A DNA stretch of 64,000 nt from Octopus bimaculoides. Taxonomy: Eukaryota. The first letter of the stretch is position 1. Every line of letters begins with the position of its first letter. Shown one piece after another: positions 54,001 through 63,238 of this stretch. A program made the position numbers and the translations under genes. The DNA is taken from the NCBI RefSeq assembly GCF_001194135.2, contig NC_068990.1:17304022-17368021 (forward strand). Direction: 5' to 3'. Below the pieces are notes generated by a model that saw nothing but the letters and a program-made list of their open reading frames with translations, did no database searches and was not told the DNA's origin.

Positions 54001-55352
54001 CTGGCTTGCTAAAAACAACAGCTAAACCTTTCTCAAACATACTTTATTGATTTAAAAATAACTACAAAAAGAACATTGGAATCTTAGATACACTACGATT
54101 TTAAATAAAATGAATAAAAGGAGATACCTTTGATTTTAAGTCAGATTGATCAAGACTGATTTGTACCTAAACAACAAGAACAAGAACAACAATACAAAAA
54201 AAAAGACATGATGATGATGATGATCATTATCATCACCACCGCTACTGCCATCATCATCATCATCATCATTGTCATCTGCATCGTCGTCATCCTCATTTTT
54301 AACATCCATGATCCATACTGGCATGGGTTGGATGATTTGACAGGATCGACTGAATCCAACAAGTCCCATGAATGCATCATGTTGCAATGTCTGCTTTGGC
54401 ATGGTTTCTATGGCTGGATGCCCTTTCTAACACCAACCACTTCACAGCTTGTATTGAGTACTTTTTCTGTGTTACCAGTACTAGTGAGGTTGCCTTGCAG
54501 CTTGCAAGACAACAAAGACTGGTGGGTGGGAGGCTTTATGTGAGGAGATGAGGGGTTAAATTATGAAAGGAGGGAGTAGCTACATGTTTATTGACCCTTT
54601 GGTGAGAGTGACAATGATCAGTAGAAGCTGCAAGTTCAGGTGGCTTCTTAAGGTACAAGGTGAGTAGAAGTGTACTAGGACAGAGGTACTAGCAGTATGG
54701 GTAGATGAGTTTGTATTCCATCTGTCAAATCTGCTCACAAGGTTTTGGTCAGCCAAAGGGGAATAGCAGAAGACATTTGCCTGAGGTGCCACACAGTGTG
54801 GGCATGAACCTGAAACCATGTGATTGAGAAGCAAACTACTCAACCACACAACCATGTTTGCATCAATAGAAATATATAGAATATATTAAGAAAATTAAAT
54901 AATTGCAGCATGGAAGGTGTTTATAAGTCATTTAAAAACACAAAAACCGTTAGATTCACTTCAACATTTAAATTTAATTTGCCAAAATATTTTTGTTGCT
55001 TTGAAACCGCGACCTATTGTCTGACAAAATTCCATGCAGCAAATTAAACTTAAATGTCGAAGTGAATCTAATGGTTTTTGTGTGTTTCTTAAATGGTTTA
55101 TAAACACCTTCCACGCTGCAATTGTTTTTGTTTCAGCACACAATCTCAGATCAGGTCACTTGCTATGCAAGTACATCTCCGTAATTAAGAAAATTGTCCT
55201 CTTGAAAAGGAGAGTGAAATGAATGAAATTGAAACAGGAAAACAAGTAGAATCTGCATGACTTACCAGCATAATTGTTATCAATGTCAGACTGCAGTAAC
55301 AAAGGCTTTCCTGCTGGAGTTTCTCCTTTATTGGGAAACAAAATTATTCCAC
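16778..55352 (-). CDS. Integrin alpha subunit, 5'-partial gene model with 15 coding exons (about 733 aa); subfamily not assigned
   Basis: Exons spliced by hand with AG/GT boundaries and compatible phases give one open frame. It contains FG-GAP/Ca-binding motifs (DVNKDGLDDLLVGAP, DINQDGFIDIAIGAPY, DVNKDNCPDFLVGAY), SRPV, genu CGDDDKC, NHGPS, a TM helix and LGFFKR. Confidence 0.96.
17730..18135 (-). mobile_element. tRNA-derived SINE, representative of the commonest family. Other copies at about 8965-9425, 24917-25420, 27625-27980, 30960-31335, 31778-32200, 38985-39380, 47960-48780, 51440-51765 and 62985-63425.
   Basis: Head GCAGGAGTGGCTGTGTGGTAAG...GTTCAGTCCCACTG, central microsatellite, tail GACTGAAACAAGTAAAAGA; many diverged copies in both orientations. 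Confidence 0.85.
18176..19030 (+). mobile_element. Decayed Tc1/mariner (maT-like, DD37D) transposon in the last integrin intron
   Basis: Starts TA-CAGGGTG. QQDLAPCH...NSPDHNSMDYYVW has 37 residues between the second and third Asp. Many stops; right TIR not seen. Confidence 0.75.
19132..19242 (-). CDS. Integrin alpha exon N (transmembrane): VQTVFQVEAEPIAWWIILLCILGGILILALCIVLFWW
   Basis: tttaaaacag| and |gtaagt, 111 nt; P.W.II...LGG.L.LAL TM signature. Confidence 0.95.
19987..20100. repeat. Compact hairpin with 48-bp arms and an 18-nt loop
   Basis: 19987-20034 versus 20053-20100, three mismatches. Confidence 0.85.
20788..20955. repeat. GA-rich low-complexity tract
   Basis: GGA/GAA/GAG runs. 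Confidence 0.85.
21090..21182 (-). CDS. Integrin alpha exon M (calf-2 end): DLKYLETKAVLARKDHRLYIPDKNQWPWKIS
   Basis: gtttttcag| and |gtaagg, 93 nt, phase 0-0. Confidence 0.85.
21278..21509 (+). mobile_element. Mariner deletion derivative / MITE
   Basis: TA-TTGGGTTGTCC(A/G)GAAAGTT terminal inverted repeats; the interior encodes FWEEGIFKLKERWRRIVQQNGSYLVD*, a mariner transposase C-terminus. Confidence 0.85.
21991..22210. mobile_element. piggyBac-like MITE; a second, truncated copy lies at about 36625-36840
   Basis: TTAA on both sides and CCCTTT(T/C)GTTAC ... GTAACGAAAGGG terminal inverted repeats. Confidence 0.8.
22436..23110 (+). mobile_element. Possible non-autonomous Helitron-like (Lep1-type) element
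   Basis: The 5' TAGCTGATGTACC and the 3' block (ttcatcaaaatc...gtaggaggagtt...acacacccacagacagaattt) resemble such elements. Recognised by eye only. Confidence 0.4.
24108..24215 (-). CDS. Integrin alpha exon L (calf-2): NPSCPTSFHLGNISKGFNRQIDIVFSVNEKIHSVKK
   Basis: atatttcag| and |gtatgt, 108 nt, phase 0-0, open frame; aligns with the C...C..G.L..G....I region of calf-2. Not in the ORF track. Confidence 0.82.
24449..24898. repeat. Fold-back with 107-bp inverted arms (24449-24555 / 24792-24898) around the hammerhead
   Basis: Arm comparison shows three mismatches. Confidence 0.9.
24678..24736 (+). ncRNA. Minimal type I hammerhead ribozyme motif (Penelope-like element type)
   Basis: TTCAGG-CTGATGA-GGAG(CAATGA)CTCA-GAAA-CATGTC-CCTGAA: stem I TTCAGG/CCTGAA extended by TGC/GCA and GTG/CAC, palindromic ACATGT stem III, GUC site at 24722-24724. 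One stem II closing mismatch (G-A). Confidence 0.7.
25095..25350. other. Assembly gap. Other N runs: 26530-26604, 39892-39901, 41706-41789, 48347-48596, 49508-49634, 63239-63258.
   Basis: Runs of N, mostly next to (TA)n or GA repeats. Confidence 1.
29681..30177. repeat. Diverged fold-back (about 205-bp arms) with a SINE fragment in the loop
   Basis: 29681-29885 is the reverse complement of 29968-30177 with scattered mismatches. Confidence 0.8.
30309..30474 (-). CDS. Integrin alpha exon K (calf-2): (G)NSNPDLL...VTHVLAVYNHGPSP...LIQRICK
   Basis: ctccttag| and |gtaagg, 166 nt, phase 2-0; H..V.N.GPS motif. Confidence 0.93.
32252..32724 (-). CDS. Integrin alpha exon J (genu + calf-1): IPFELECGDDDKCTTDLKV...CTLGNPL...AFTDFY(G)
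   Basis: ccttccag| and |gtaagg, 473 nt, phase 0-2; genu CGxDxxC and calf-1 CxLGNPL. Confidence 0.96.
34472..34965. mobile_element. MITE/fold-back with 133-bp terminal inverted repeats
   Basis: Arms 34472-34604 and 34833-34965 are near-identical, so the ORF track shows the same peptide (IVESLERLIDCFERGSRSG...) on both strands. Confidence 0.85.
36447..36557 (-). CDS. Integrin alpha exon I (thigh): EHPNIFQPIHITIKMALAKNTTCQICPILRTQTFVKK
   Basis: ctttttag| and |gtaaat, 111 nt, phase 0-0; PI..I and PIL motifs typical of the thigh end. Confidence 0.9.
37625..37749 (-). CDS. Integrin alpha exon H (thigh): (D)LEGQLATGSQPQMNLSHSVQSFGFKLESGKKSEKEFQIIVK
   Basis: tactttcag| and |gtaatt, 125 nt, phase 1-0; the only phase-compatible open exon found between G and I. 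Confidence 0.8.
39426..39635 (-). CDS. Integrin alpha exon G: (D)FLVGAYLSDQVRLLFSRPV...CFKVKLKF...PPRI(D)
   Basis: tttttcag| and |gtaag, 210 nt, phase 1-1; end of propeller and start of thigh. Confidence 0.95.
40563..40903. mobile_element. hAT-like MITE, decayed
   Basis: CAGTGATTCCTAA ... GTGGGTAACACTG ends and internal repeated GTGGGGCCTGGGA; the TSD is weak. Confidence 0.45.
41175..41366 (-). CDS. Integrin alpha exon F: (D)IAIGAPYENKLEGAIYIY...GFGISISDSVDVNKDNCP(D)
   Basis: ttttccccag| and |gtatga, 192 nt, phase 1-1; blades 6-7. Confidence 0.95.
41369..42150. repeat. GA-rich satellite (units such as GAAAGATGGGAGAAAAAGATGAAAGATGAGTGAGAGAG) with an internal N gap
   Basis: The plus strand has no C from 41369 to 42114; it produces the spurious S/L/F/H-rich ORFs. 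Confidence 0.95.
43234..43336 (-). CDS. Integrin alpha exon E: KLQKKLVLFGDKEEGGRFGSAMTSIGDINQDGFI(D)
   Basis: tatttcag| and |gtaagt, 103 nt, phase 0-1; RFGSA...GDINQDG motif. Not in the ORF track. Confidence 0.95.
43465..43850 (+). mobile_element. tRNA-headed SINE of a second family. Other copies at about 4905-5225, 10560-10800, 21620-21900, 33560-33900, 44910-45200 and 51955-52280.
   Basis: TGGCCCAGTGGTTAGG (A box) and GGTTTCGATTCCC (B box), then a shared body GTCAGCCTTGTCACAC...GTGCTCAGCCACTTGCACG and a (CAA)n tail. Confidence 0.8.
44312..44452 (-). CDS. Integrin alpha exon D: IGSYFG...DVNKDGLDDLLVGAPM...VIVYLSDGK
   Basis: gttgccag| and |gttagt, 141 nt; FG-GAP repeat with a canonical Ca-binding loop. 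Confidence 0.95.
44674..44846. repeat. Fold-back (about 45-bp core arms) around a hammerhead-like core
   Basis: 44674-44719 versus 44806-44846. Confidence 0.75.
47125..47184 (-). CDS. Integrin alpha exon C: VLITDKNNHIVQRLQSESKE
   Basis: tttttcag| and |gtgagt, 60 nt, phase 0-0; bridges GSGA to IGSYFG. Confidence 0.85.
50006..50088 (-). CDS. Integrin alpha exon B: (G)YAVSSGKFFNDKYEYYVMGVPRDGSGA
   Basis: tttttag| and |gtaagt, 83 nt, phase 1-0; FG-GAP blade 4 motif GVPR. Confidence 0.92.
51040..51215 (+). mobile_element. RLE-LINE endonuclease relic
   Basis: LIEVSVPTDVKVSLKEIKILSK*KDLEI resembles IDVAIP.D.NI..KE.EK..KY.DL. Confidence 0.5.
54901..55123. repeat. Fold-back with arms of about 82 bp
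   Basis: 54901-54982 versus 55039-55123. Confidence 0.8.
55266..55352 (-). CDS. Integrin alpha exon A: (G)GIILFPNKGETPAGKPLLLQSDIDNNYA(G)
   Basis: ttctatctag| acceptor, |gtaag donor, 87 nt, phase 1-1; joins exon B as NNYAGYAV, the counterpart of DDSYLGYSV. Confidence 0.85.
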
Positions 55353-56234
55353 CTAGATAGAAAAAAAAAATTAATGCTTAATTAGTTAACTTATCATCAT
55401 CATCATCATCATCATTGCGGGAGATAGCAGTGCATGCCATCAAAGTAACACTGAGGTATACCCATCATGAGTACTTGTCTGATAAGGGTACACCAGGCAC
55501 ATGCATCACATCCATATGTGTGCGACACAGTGATCTCAGATCAAGATAAACAGCACATGAACTTGCAGGTGGGGCCCAGTTAGAATTTTCTTCATGTCGA
55601 GTAGCCCATCCCACTCAAAAGGTCCCTGAATAAGGTTTGTTTAAGGATGTTGAACGAAACACCTATTTCTCCAGAGGTGAATTATCTAAACCCCAAAGAA
55701 TTCCTCTCAAGACATGGCTATTTTGCTCCCCAACTACTTCTGCTTGTGATCAGAGATGCACATAAGGGATAAGCTTAACTGGTTAAGGTCAAACAACTGA
55801 CAAGCAAATATGTGGTATTGAGCAGAATATTTGCCGTAGCCCATCTTTTATACTAAGACAAAACAATGTACATGATAACACTTCCAATCAATTAAGATCA
55901 GAAGCCATGAGAGCTACTGCCTGGTACTGCAGCCAGGCATTTCTTCTTCTTCTTCTTCTTCATCGTCATCGTCGTCACCATCATCGCCGCCGCCGTCGTC
56001 GTCGTCGTCGTCATCATCATCATCATGGCAGAATTGTTAGCACTGTGGACAAAATGCTCAGCAGCATTTCATTTGTCTTTAGGTTCTGAGTTTAAATTTC
56101 ACGGGGGTCAGCTTTGCTTTTCATTCTTTTGGAGTTGATAGAATAAGTACCAGTTGAGCGCTGTGTGTGTGTTGGGGGAGGGGGCGATGTAATCTACTTA
56201 ACCCCTCTCCCAGAATTGCTGGCCCTGTGCCAAA

Positions 56235-56269
<35 letters not shown>

Positions 56270-56869
56270 CATTATTATAACTGTCAATGCCCTAGTATGG
56301 CCACAGCCCTCTGGATGGAAAAAGTAAGACAGTGACCGAATTTATAAACAAATAACTGTTTTATTTCTTCGTTATTTGCTGCACGAGCAAGACAGACAAC
56401 AACCTTGTAACATAGTAAAAAAAAATCTGAGAAAGGAGAAATAACATGTGTTATACAAATGTATGAACATATATTTTACATTGGCATAAAAATCTCTACA
56501 GAATAAATAAAAGAAATATCCCACACACAGACCCATATATCATTTGTCTTACATTTAACTAATTGTTGGTTAACCTCATAGCCCTGAATAGAAAATGGCC
56601 GTAAGGCATTTACATTTAAAAATAAATAAGATATAGTAGATAGACTACGGTATTAAATTTTATTTTCTGTTTAAATAGAGCATGTGGCTGTATGATTCAT
56701 TTAAGAATATATATTGACTGTTTAAAAATTCTTTTATTTTAAATCTAATCAGTAATAATAATACAATTTCTAATTACATTGTTTGGTATCTAATTAAACT
56801 AAACAATATGTTGTTCGTTTGCTTTTGTTTTATTTTGCAACAATTCTTTCTATTTGAGTCCATGGAGTA

Positions 56870-58270
56870 GTGGTGAGAAGATTAATGGGGTCACAAAGTG
56901 GATGGAGACCAAGGACACTGTGATAATTGGCATGGCTATAAGGAACTATGAGGCAGTAACAGGAGCAAAAATCAGCCAATGAAAGGCAGTAGGCCTATTG
57001 TTTAACATATATATAGACAAGTCCATGCCATCCAAAGGTGTTGTAAGGTGCTGATGGATGGAAGGATTAAGTTGCCCAGATTTCCTGGTGGACAACAATT
57101 GGGATATGGTGACAAGCAGGATAGTCAATCTTACCTAGAAACAGGCCAAGAGAAAGCTATCCCGAAAAGTAAGGCAGAGGTGGTGAACACTTACATCTCT
57201 GCTATCATATAATTCAGCCTGACCATTGTGCCCTGCTCCAGTTCACATCTCAGCAGACTGAAGTGCTTGCTCTTCAGTGTTCTGTGGAGCAATGTGCTCC
57301 ACTGGTCAGGCATACCATTTTCTGTCAACAACTGCTGAATAGGGGATGAGGCATGCTATCACTAAAGATGCTCAGGCATGTGCTGAAGCTGCAAAATCTC
57401 CAGCAATTCCTTGATAATGAACAGGTGTGGGTGCCGTTTTCAGACAGACATTCCCATAGTTCATCTTTTTGACAGAGGTGTAATTCTATGTCAAGCATAG
57501 ATCAAGACATGACACTTGGCATCTGGATTGTCATTAAGTGCTCACACTCTACCAGTTAGACAGTGCAGTTGGTGGAAGTTCCACCATGATATTCAAGAGC
57601 AGGTTAACAGTGAGCAAGAGTGATAATGTTCTCAGGAGAGACACTGGACATCAACTGGCTCATCTGTTCTGGAGGACTTTCAGGTCAGAGCCCAGTAATA
57701 ATTTTCAGAACTCTCTGGCCTGACAGCACTTGCAGGGGACATTTCTGGCTTGAAATAAACTCAACAAACATGATAGTGTTGTTAGTTGTACTTGTCTGAG
57801 GTGCATACAGAACAAAAGATGCATATGTTCAATGTCCAATCATTATTAACTTGTGGCATTATATTGAACACCTGTCATCACATGTAGGATGGATTTGGTT
57901 AACTGCTCAGTCCATGGTAAGGATTGTCCTGCTGTCTTCCTTTGGCCATGAAGGACAGGCAGTGTTTAGCTGTCTGGTGGCTTTAGTGAAAGAGGTTGTG
58001 TAAGGGACCAGATTGAAAGAGCTGAAGAAAGGCACCTTCCCCTTCAGCTAAACCATCATTAACTTCCCCAAGTTTCACTTGAAAAGAAAAATGAGGATGA
58101 AGAGGTAAATGCTGCCTCCCAGATGAGAGTGATGAGCATGGTGTAAATGAACAGGTTTGCTTTGAAAATACACCTGCAGATCCAAGAAGGATAACTGGAA
58201 GAGATTTTTTCCCCCTCAGTGGTCAGGGTGCTATGGTTTTCATGGTGTTTCCACAAGTAGACCTTGGACA
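56870..58270 (+). mobile_element. Tx1/L1-like LINE 3' portion, heavily decayed
   Basis: Reads YEAVTGAKIS.KAVGL, RKLS...AEVVNTYI...LTIVPC, PLVRHTIFCQ..LNRG.GM and a C-terminal CxxC...CP region, with stops and frameshifts. Confidence 0.75.
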
Positions 58271-58479
58271 TTTCCTATTTTGGTAAATGATTCATTCTCT
58301 AGAATATATTGTTTCTTTGTTACTGTTATTCTTCTTTTTACAGGTTCTTTCAAGTAATCCCACATTCTATCATTCTGTACCATTCCCAATGTTTTTGTGA
58401 ACCCTTAGCAAGTAATAAAGAAAATAAAAACATTATTGTTGTTGTTGTTGTTTACTTTTAATCTGTATGTTTGTTACAG

Positions 58480-58712
58480 TCACTTGTCGAGACACACCTA
58501 GTGCCCTAGGGCAGGTGAAGGATAAGAGATATTATAGTATGACCAAAAGTTTGGGGAGGGGAAGTAGCAGGGGCAGTAGCAAAATATTTTCATGTAATAC
58601 AACACAGACAGTGAACTTGATAGAGTTTTTCTAAGGATGTGGGCCGTACTTGTCAACACAATCTTTTGGATTTTTTGGGGACATGATCCTCCTGGGATGT
58701 TGTCTAGATGTT
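58480..58712 (-). mobile_element. RLE-LINE 3' end fragment (different family)
   Basis: LDNIPGG..QKIQKIVLTSTAHILRKTLS followed by a 3' UTR ending near (AAC)n. Confidence 0.55.
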
Positions 58713-58999
58713 TCTTCTTCTTCTCCTTCTTCTTCCTCCTCCTCCTTCTTATTATTATTTATTAAGGTGACAAGCTGGCAGAATTGATAGCACGCCAGGC
58801 AAAATGCTTAGCAGCATTTCATCCATCTTTATGTTCTGAGTTCAAACTCCGCCGAAGCCAACTTTACTTTTCATCCACTTGGGGGTCAATAAAATAAGCA
58901 CCATTTGAATACTGGGGTTGAAGTAATTAACTATCCCCCTCCCTCAAATTTCAGGCCTTGTGCCTATAGTAGAAAGGATTATTAATATTATTTTATTGA

Positions 59000-59170
59000 C
59001 TTTGCACAGCTTCTAATGTTGGAGATGTACTACAGTGCCAGCTGTTCACTACAAGTGAAATAAGGTAACACCCCTTATTTTTTGGAGCACCATCCGGAGT
59101 ATTCAAGTGGTTCCAAGCAGTGCTGTTTTCTGCAAATACTCCACCCTTATTGCAGCCCCTATTTGTTCCA
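59000..59170 (-). mobile_element. R4/Dong-like LINE 3' end fragment
   Basis: MEQIGAAIRVEYLQKTALLGTT*ILRMVL matches the C-terminus of the 12-16 kb element and ends in (AAT)n. Confidence 0.7.
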
Positions 59171-59974
59171 TGTATTATTATTAATTATTATTATTATTAT
59201 TATTATTATTAAGGCAATGAGATGGCAGAATTGTTGGTACATTGGAAAAAATGCTTAACAGCATTTCTTCCGCCACTTTATGTTCTGAGCTCAAATCCCA
59301 CAGAGGTCAGCTTTGCCTCTCATCCTTTTAGGGTCAAAAGAATATAGTACTAATTAAGCACTGACGTTAATGTAATCGACTTACCCTCTCCCCTAAAATT
59401 GCTGGCCTTTATTATTACTCTGGCTTTGTGCCAAAATTAAAAACCATTAACATTGTTGTTGTTGTTGTTGTTGTTATTTAAAATAACATCAATCATTATG
59501 TAATTGGGAACACAGATACATAAAGTTTAAAATAGACACATGGCCATAAGAGAAAGAAGAGAGAGAGAGAGCTTATCAAAGATCTCTCAGTTTAACTAAT
59601 TTGTCAAAGAAAGAAAAACAAAGTTATTTTGTAACCTAAAATAATCTTTAATTTCAAGGAAGGCCATATCTTGATAGAGGAACACATTCATATTCCTGCC
59701 TTATGCACAGACTAAATATCAACAACAACAAAAAAAATTTAAAAAATTAAAATAAGACAAGAATTCTTTTGCTAGTTACATAGAATTTTACAGCGTACAG
59801 GGTGGATGTAAAGTCAGTTACAGTTTTAATAAAAACAGCTCAATTTATATAATTCTTTTTTTGCAGACTTTTAGGATCAATCATGAATACGATGAATACA
59901 GAAGACTGTGTAGCAATAGTCATCTTGCTGAATCATGTAAAATCTGCAAATAATAATTCTGTTTTTAGAGATTG

Positions 59975-60415
59975 TTGCCAGTGCCGCTAGACTGGCTTCT
60001 ATGCAGGACATGAAACTTGGCTTGTGAAGACCTGTTGGGGCAAGCGAAAGTGAAATTGTGATGGCACCTGTACCCAGCGTCGCCTTCCTGGCACTTGTGC
60101 CGGTGGCATGTGTAAAGTCATTCAAACGAGATTGTGCCAGTGCCGCTGGACTGACTCCTGTGCAGGTGGCACGTAAAATGCACCATTTTGAGCGTGGCCG
60201 TTGCCAATACCACCTGACTGGCCTTCGTGCCGGTGGCACGTAAAAGCACCCACTACACTCTTGGAGTGGTTGGCGTTAGGAAGGGCATTCAGCTGTAGAA
60301 ACTCTGCTAAATCAGATTGGAGCCTGGTGTAGCCATCCAGTTCACCAGTCCTCAGTCAAATCGTCCAACCCATGCTAGCATGGAAAGCGGATGTCAAACG
60401 ATGATGATGATGATG
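59975..60415 (+). mobile_element. SINE with internal tandem GTGCCGGTGGCACG units and a (GAT)n tail. Other copies at about 33040-33400, 39695-40110 and 52800-53200.
   Basis: Shared 3' block CACTACACTCT...GGAAGGGCATCCAGCTGTAGAAAC...CCAACCCATGCTAGCATGGAAAGCGGACGTTAAACGATGATGAT. Confidence 0.8.
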
Positions 60416-62529
60416 CATAGATGTCTTTGAGAGACTCAGTCTATGTTCTGCTGCAGAACGAACAGATATCCATGAATTTTCTTTAATGATTTGACCCACA
60501 GAAGTCACAGTATTCTCTGACGTACTTTGGCACAAGTCCAGCAGTTTTTGAGGGGAGGGGAAAAGTCGATTACATCAACCCTTGTACTTAGCTGGTACTT
60601 ATTCTGTTGACCCTGACATGATGAAAGATAAAGACAACCTTAGCGGAATTTGAACTCAGAATGTAAAAATGAACGAAATGTTGCTAAACATTTTGCCTGA
60701 AGTAGTAATGATTCTGACAGCTCAACAACAACAACATCAAAAACAGCAGCACCACCACCACCGCTACTACTACTTAGAATTAGATTTTTTTTTATCAGAT
60801 GCCCATCCTGTCACCAAACCTCACTTGTTTCTAAGCAAGGCAATATTTCCTCATGACCAGACATGTTCATGTAGAATACTGGAAATGAAGGAAAGGAGTA
60901 ACACTGAGTGCATGAGAGTGGCACTCATTTACAAGTATCATATAACATCAAGCTAAAGTGCCATGCAGTGGGAATGAGGCTGAGACTATGGGGTTGGGAG
61001 ACAAACATCTCAGCCACAGAGCCATATCTGCACCAATTTTACAAAAATTATTTGCTTAAATTAGAGCAGATATGAATCTTTCTTAAATCCCCCGCCCCAT
61101 CTAAGAATATATTTATAGGTCAATATAATGTTTATAGGTCAGACTTCATCAATTTCTATAATTAAACCAAATCTGACATATTTATTCCAAGATTAGGTTA
61201 GCTTAATCGGGGATGTTATTCTATTAATGATGATTTTGACCCAGAAAAGACTTAGAACTGATTACCATTCTAAGGAATTACCAACTGAGATATCTCATCA
61301 AAATTTAGTAAGGAAAACTGACTGAGGGTAAAGGAAATGATCCTAGATATATAAACAGCCAAATTACTCTGAACTTAGCACCATACAGGTTTCATGTTCG
61401 GGCCCCCATCTTGTATTGATACAGTCAAAGGTTATGTGGTTAGATGCAGGCAGTGCTGTCTGTTTAAGAAGTTCATTCTGCAAACACTTGATTTTAGGTT
61501 CTGTCCCACTGCATGGCACCTTGGGCAAGTATCTCTTACTAAAGCCCTGGGCCAAGAAAAGCCTTCTGAATGGATTTCGTAGATGGAAACTGAAAGAAGC
61601 TGATTTTGTGTGTGTGTGTGTGTGTGTGTGTGCATAACACAAAGAATCACACACACACACACACACACACAATACACAAGGATGTATAGACACCCATGTA
61701 CACACACACACACATGCACAAAAACAACACGCACATGTACACACATACGTATGTGTGAGTGCCTCTGCATGCATGTTTGTGATGCCTTGTCTTTTCTACT
61801 CTAGGCACAAGGCCCAACATTTTTGGGGTGGGGGCCAATCGATTAGATCAACCCCAGTTTGAAACTGGTACTTAATTTATCGACCCCCACCAAAAGGATG
61901 AAAGGCAAAGTCGACCTTGGCTGAATGTGACGCCTTGTTTTGTAAACGGATATCACCATCATACAAATGGAGCCTTTTGTTTCCAATCTTCTATGAAAAA
62001 CATGTCTGCCTATGATAGAAATATTACCTTACATGGGAACAAGTATGGAGCATCCAGCCATAGAAAATCTGCATCAATGAATTTCATCTGATCCATGTAA
62101 GCATGGTCAGTAGTGACACCAGTGGCATGGCATTACCACCATCATCATTTTAATGTCCCTCTTCCATGCTTGCATGGGTTGGGTGAAACTTGTTGAGGCA
62201 GATTTCTTGATCAGTTGCCTTTCTTGAAATAATCCTCACCTGTTTTCTAGCAATTATTTTCTAATGGCCAGGCTTTTCTTCATGGAAAATTGGGAATGAA
62301 CAACACTTTACAAGCAACATATGATGTCAAGACAAGGACAAACACACACACACACAACAGGCTTCTTTCAGTTTCTACCTACCAAATCCACTCGCAAGGC
62401 TTTGATCAACCTGAGGTTATAGTATAAGCCCAAGGTGCTGTGAACTGGGACTGAACTCAAAACCACATGGTTGGGAAGGAAACTTTTTAACTGCACAGCC
62501 ATGCTTGCACCAGTTTATTTGAAATACTG

Positions 62530-62700
62530 AATGAATAAGCATTCAATATTTGAATTTCTAACAAAATTTCCATTCAACATCTTAATATCCATTTCAGATT
62601 TTTGCGCTTTCCTAGATTTTAGAATTACAACAGCTGGTTTATCAATTTGAAATTTCATGCCAGAAGAATTGAAAAATACCATATTTGGCTGCATAAAAGA
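62530..62700 (-). mobile_element. R4-like RT relic
   Basis: SSGMKFQIDKPAVVILKSRKAQKSE aligns by eye with NIGIEFGIEKCGVMILKRGKISKS of the 12-16 kb element. Confidence 0.5.
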
Positions 62701-63205
62701 CACATGGGCATATTAGAGCATCCCCATTTCAGCAGCATATATTCAAGAAAAAATGTTTTAGTGTATTATAACATGAATATTTAAAGCAATCTAAGCTCTA
62801 CATTGCATATAGGACCAGGGGGTGATTTTTTTTTAGGTATTTTTGTAAGGAAAAAAGTGAATCTTTCACACCATCAGATATAGTAAATAAAATATATATA
62901 AAAAAAGGAAAATATTGCTGTTTATTATCTTTTACCTGTTTTAGTCCAATAAATCAGCTGCAATAATTTTTTACTAATTATTTTGTTTCAGTCATTTGAC
63001 TGCGACCATGCTGGAGCAGCACGTTTTAGTTGAACAAACCGACCCCAGGACTTATTCTTTGTAAACCTATTACTTATTCTATCGGTCTCTTTTGCCAAAC
63101 CACTAAGTTACAGGGACGTAAACACACCAACATCGGTTGTCAAACGATGGGTGGGGGGACAAACACAGACACACATACAAATATCTACATGTGTATATAT
63201 GTATG

Positions 63206-63238
<33 letters not shown>

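Noticed and set aside
56550-56585. 31-nt candidate micro-exon GYEVNQQLVK with AG/GT ends and a phase compatible with exon A
   Set aside because: It does not resemble the expected GAPG...W.G segment, and such short matches arise by chance; needs RNA evidence.
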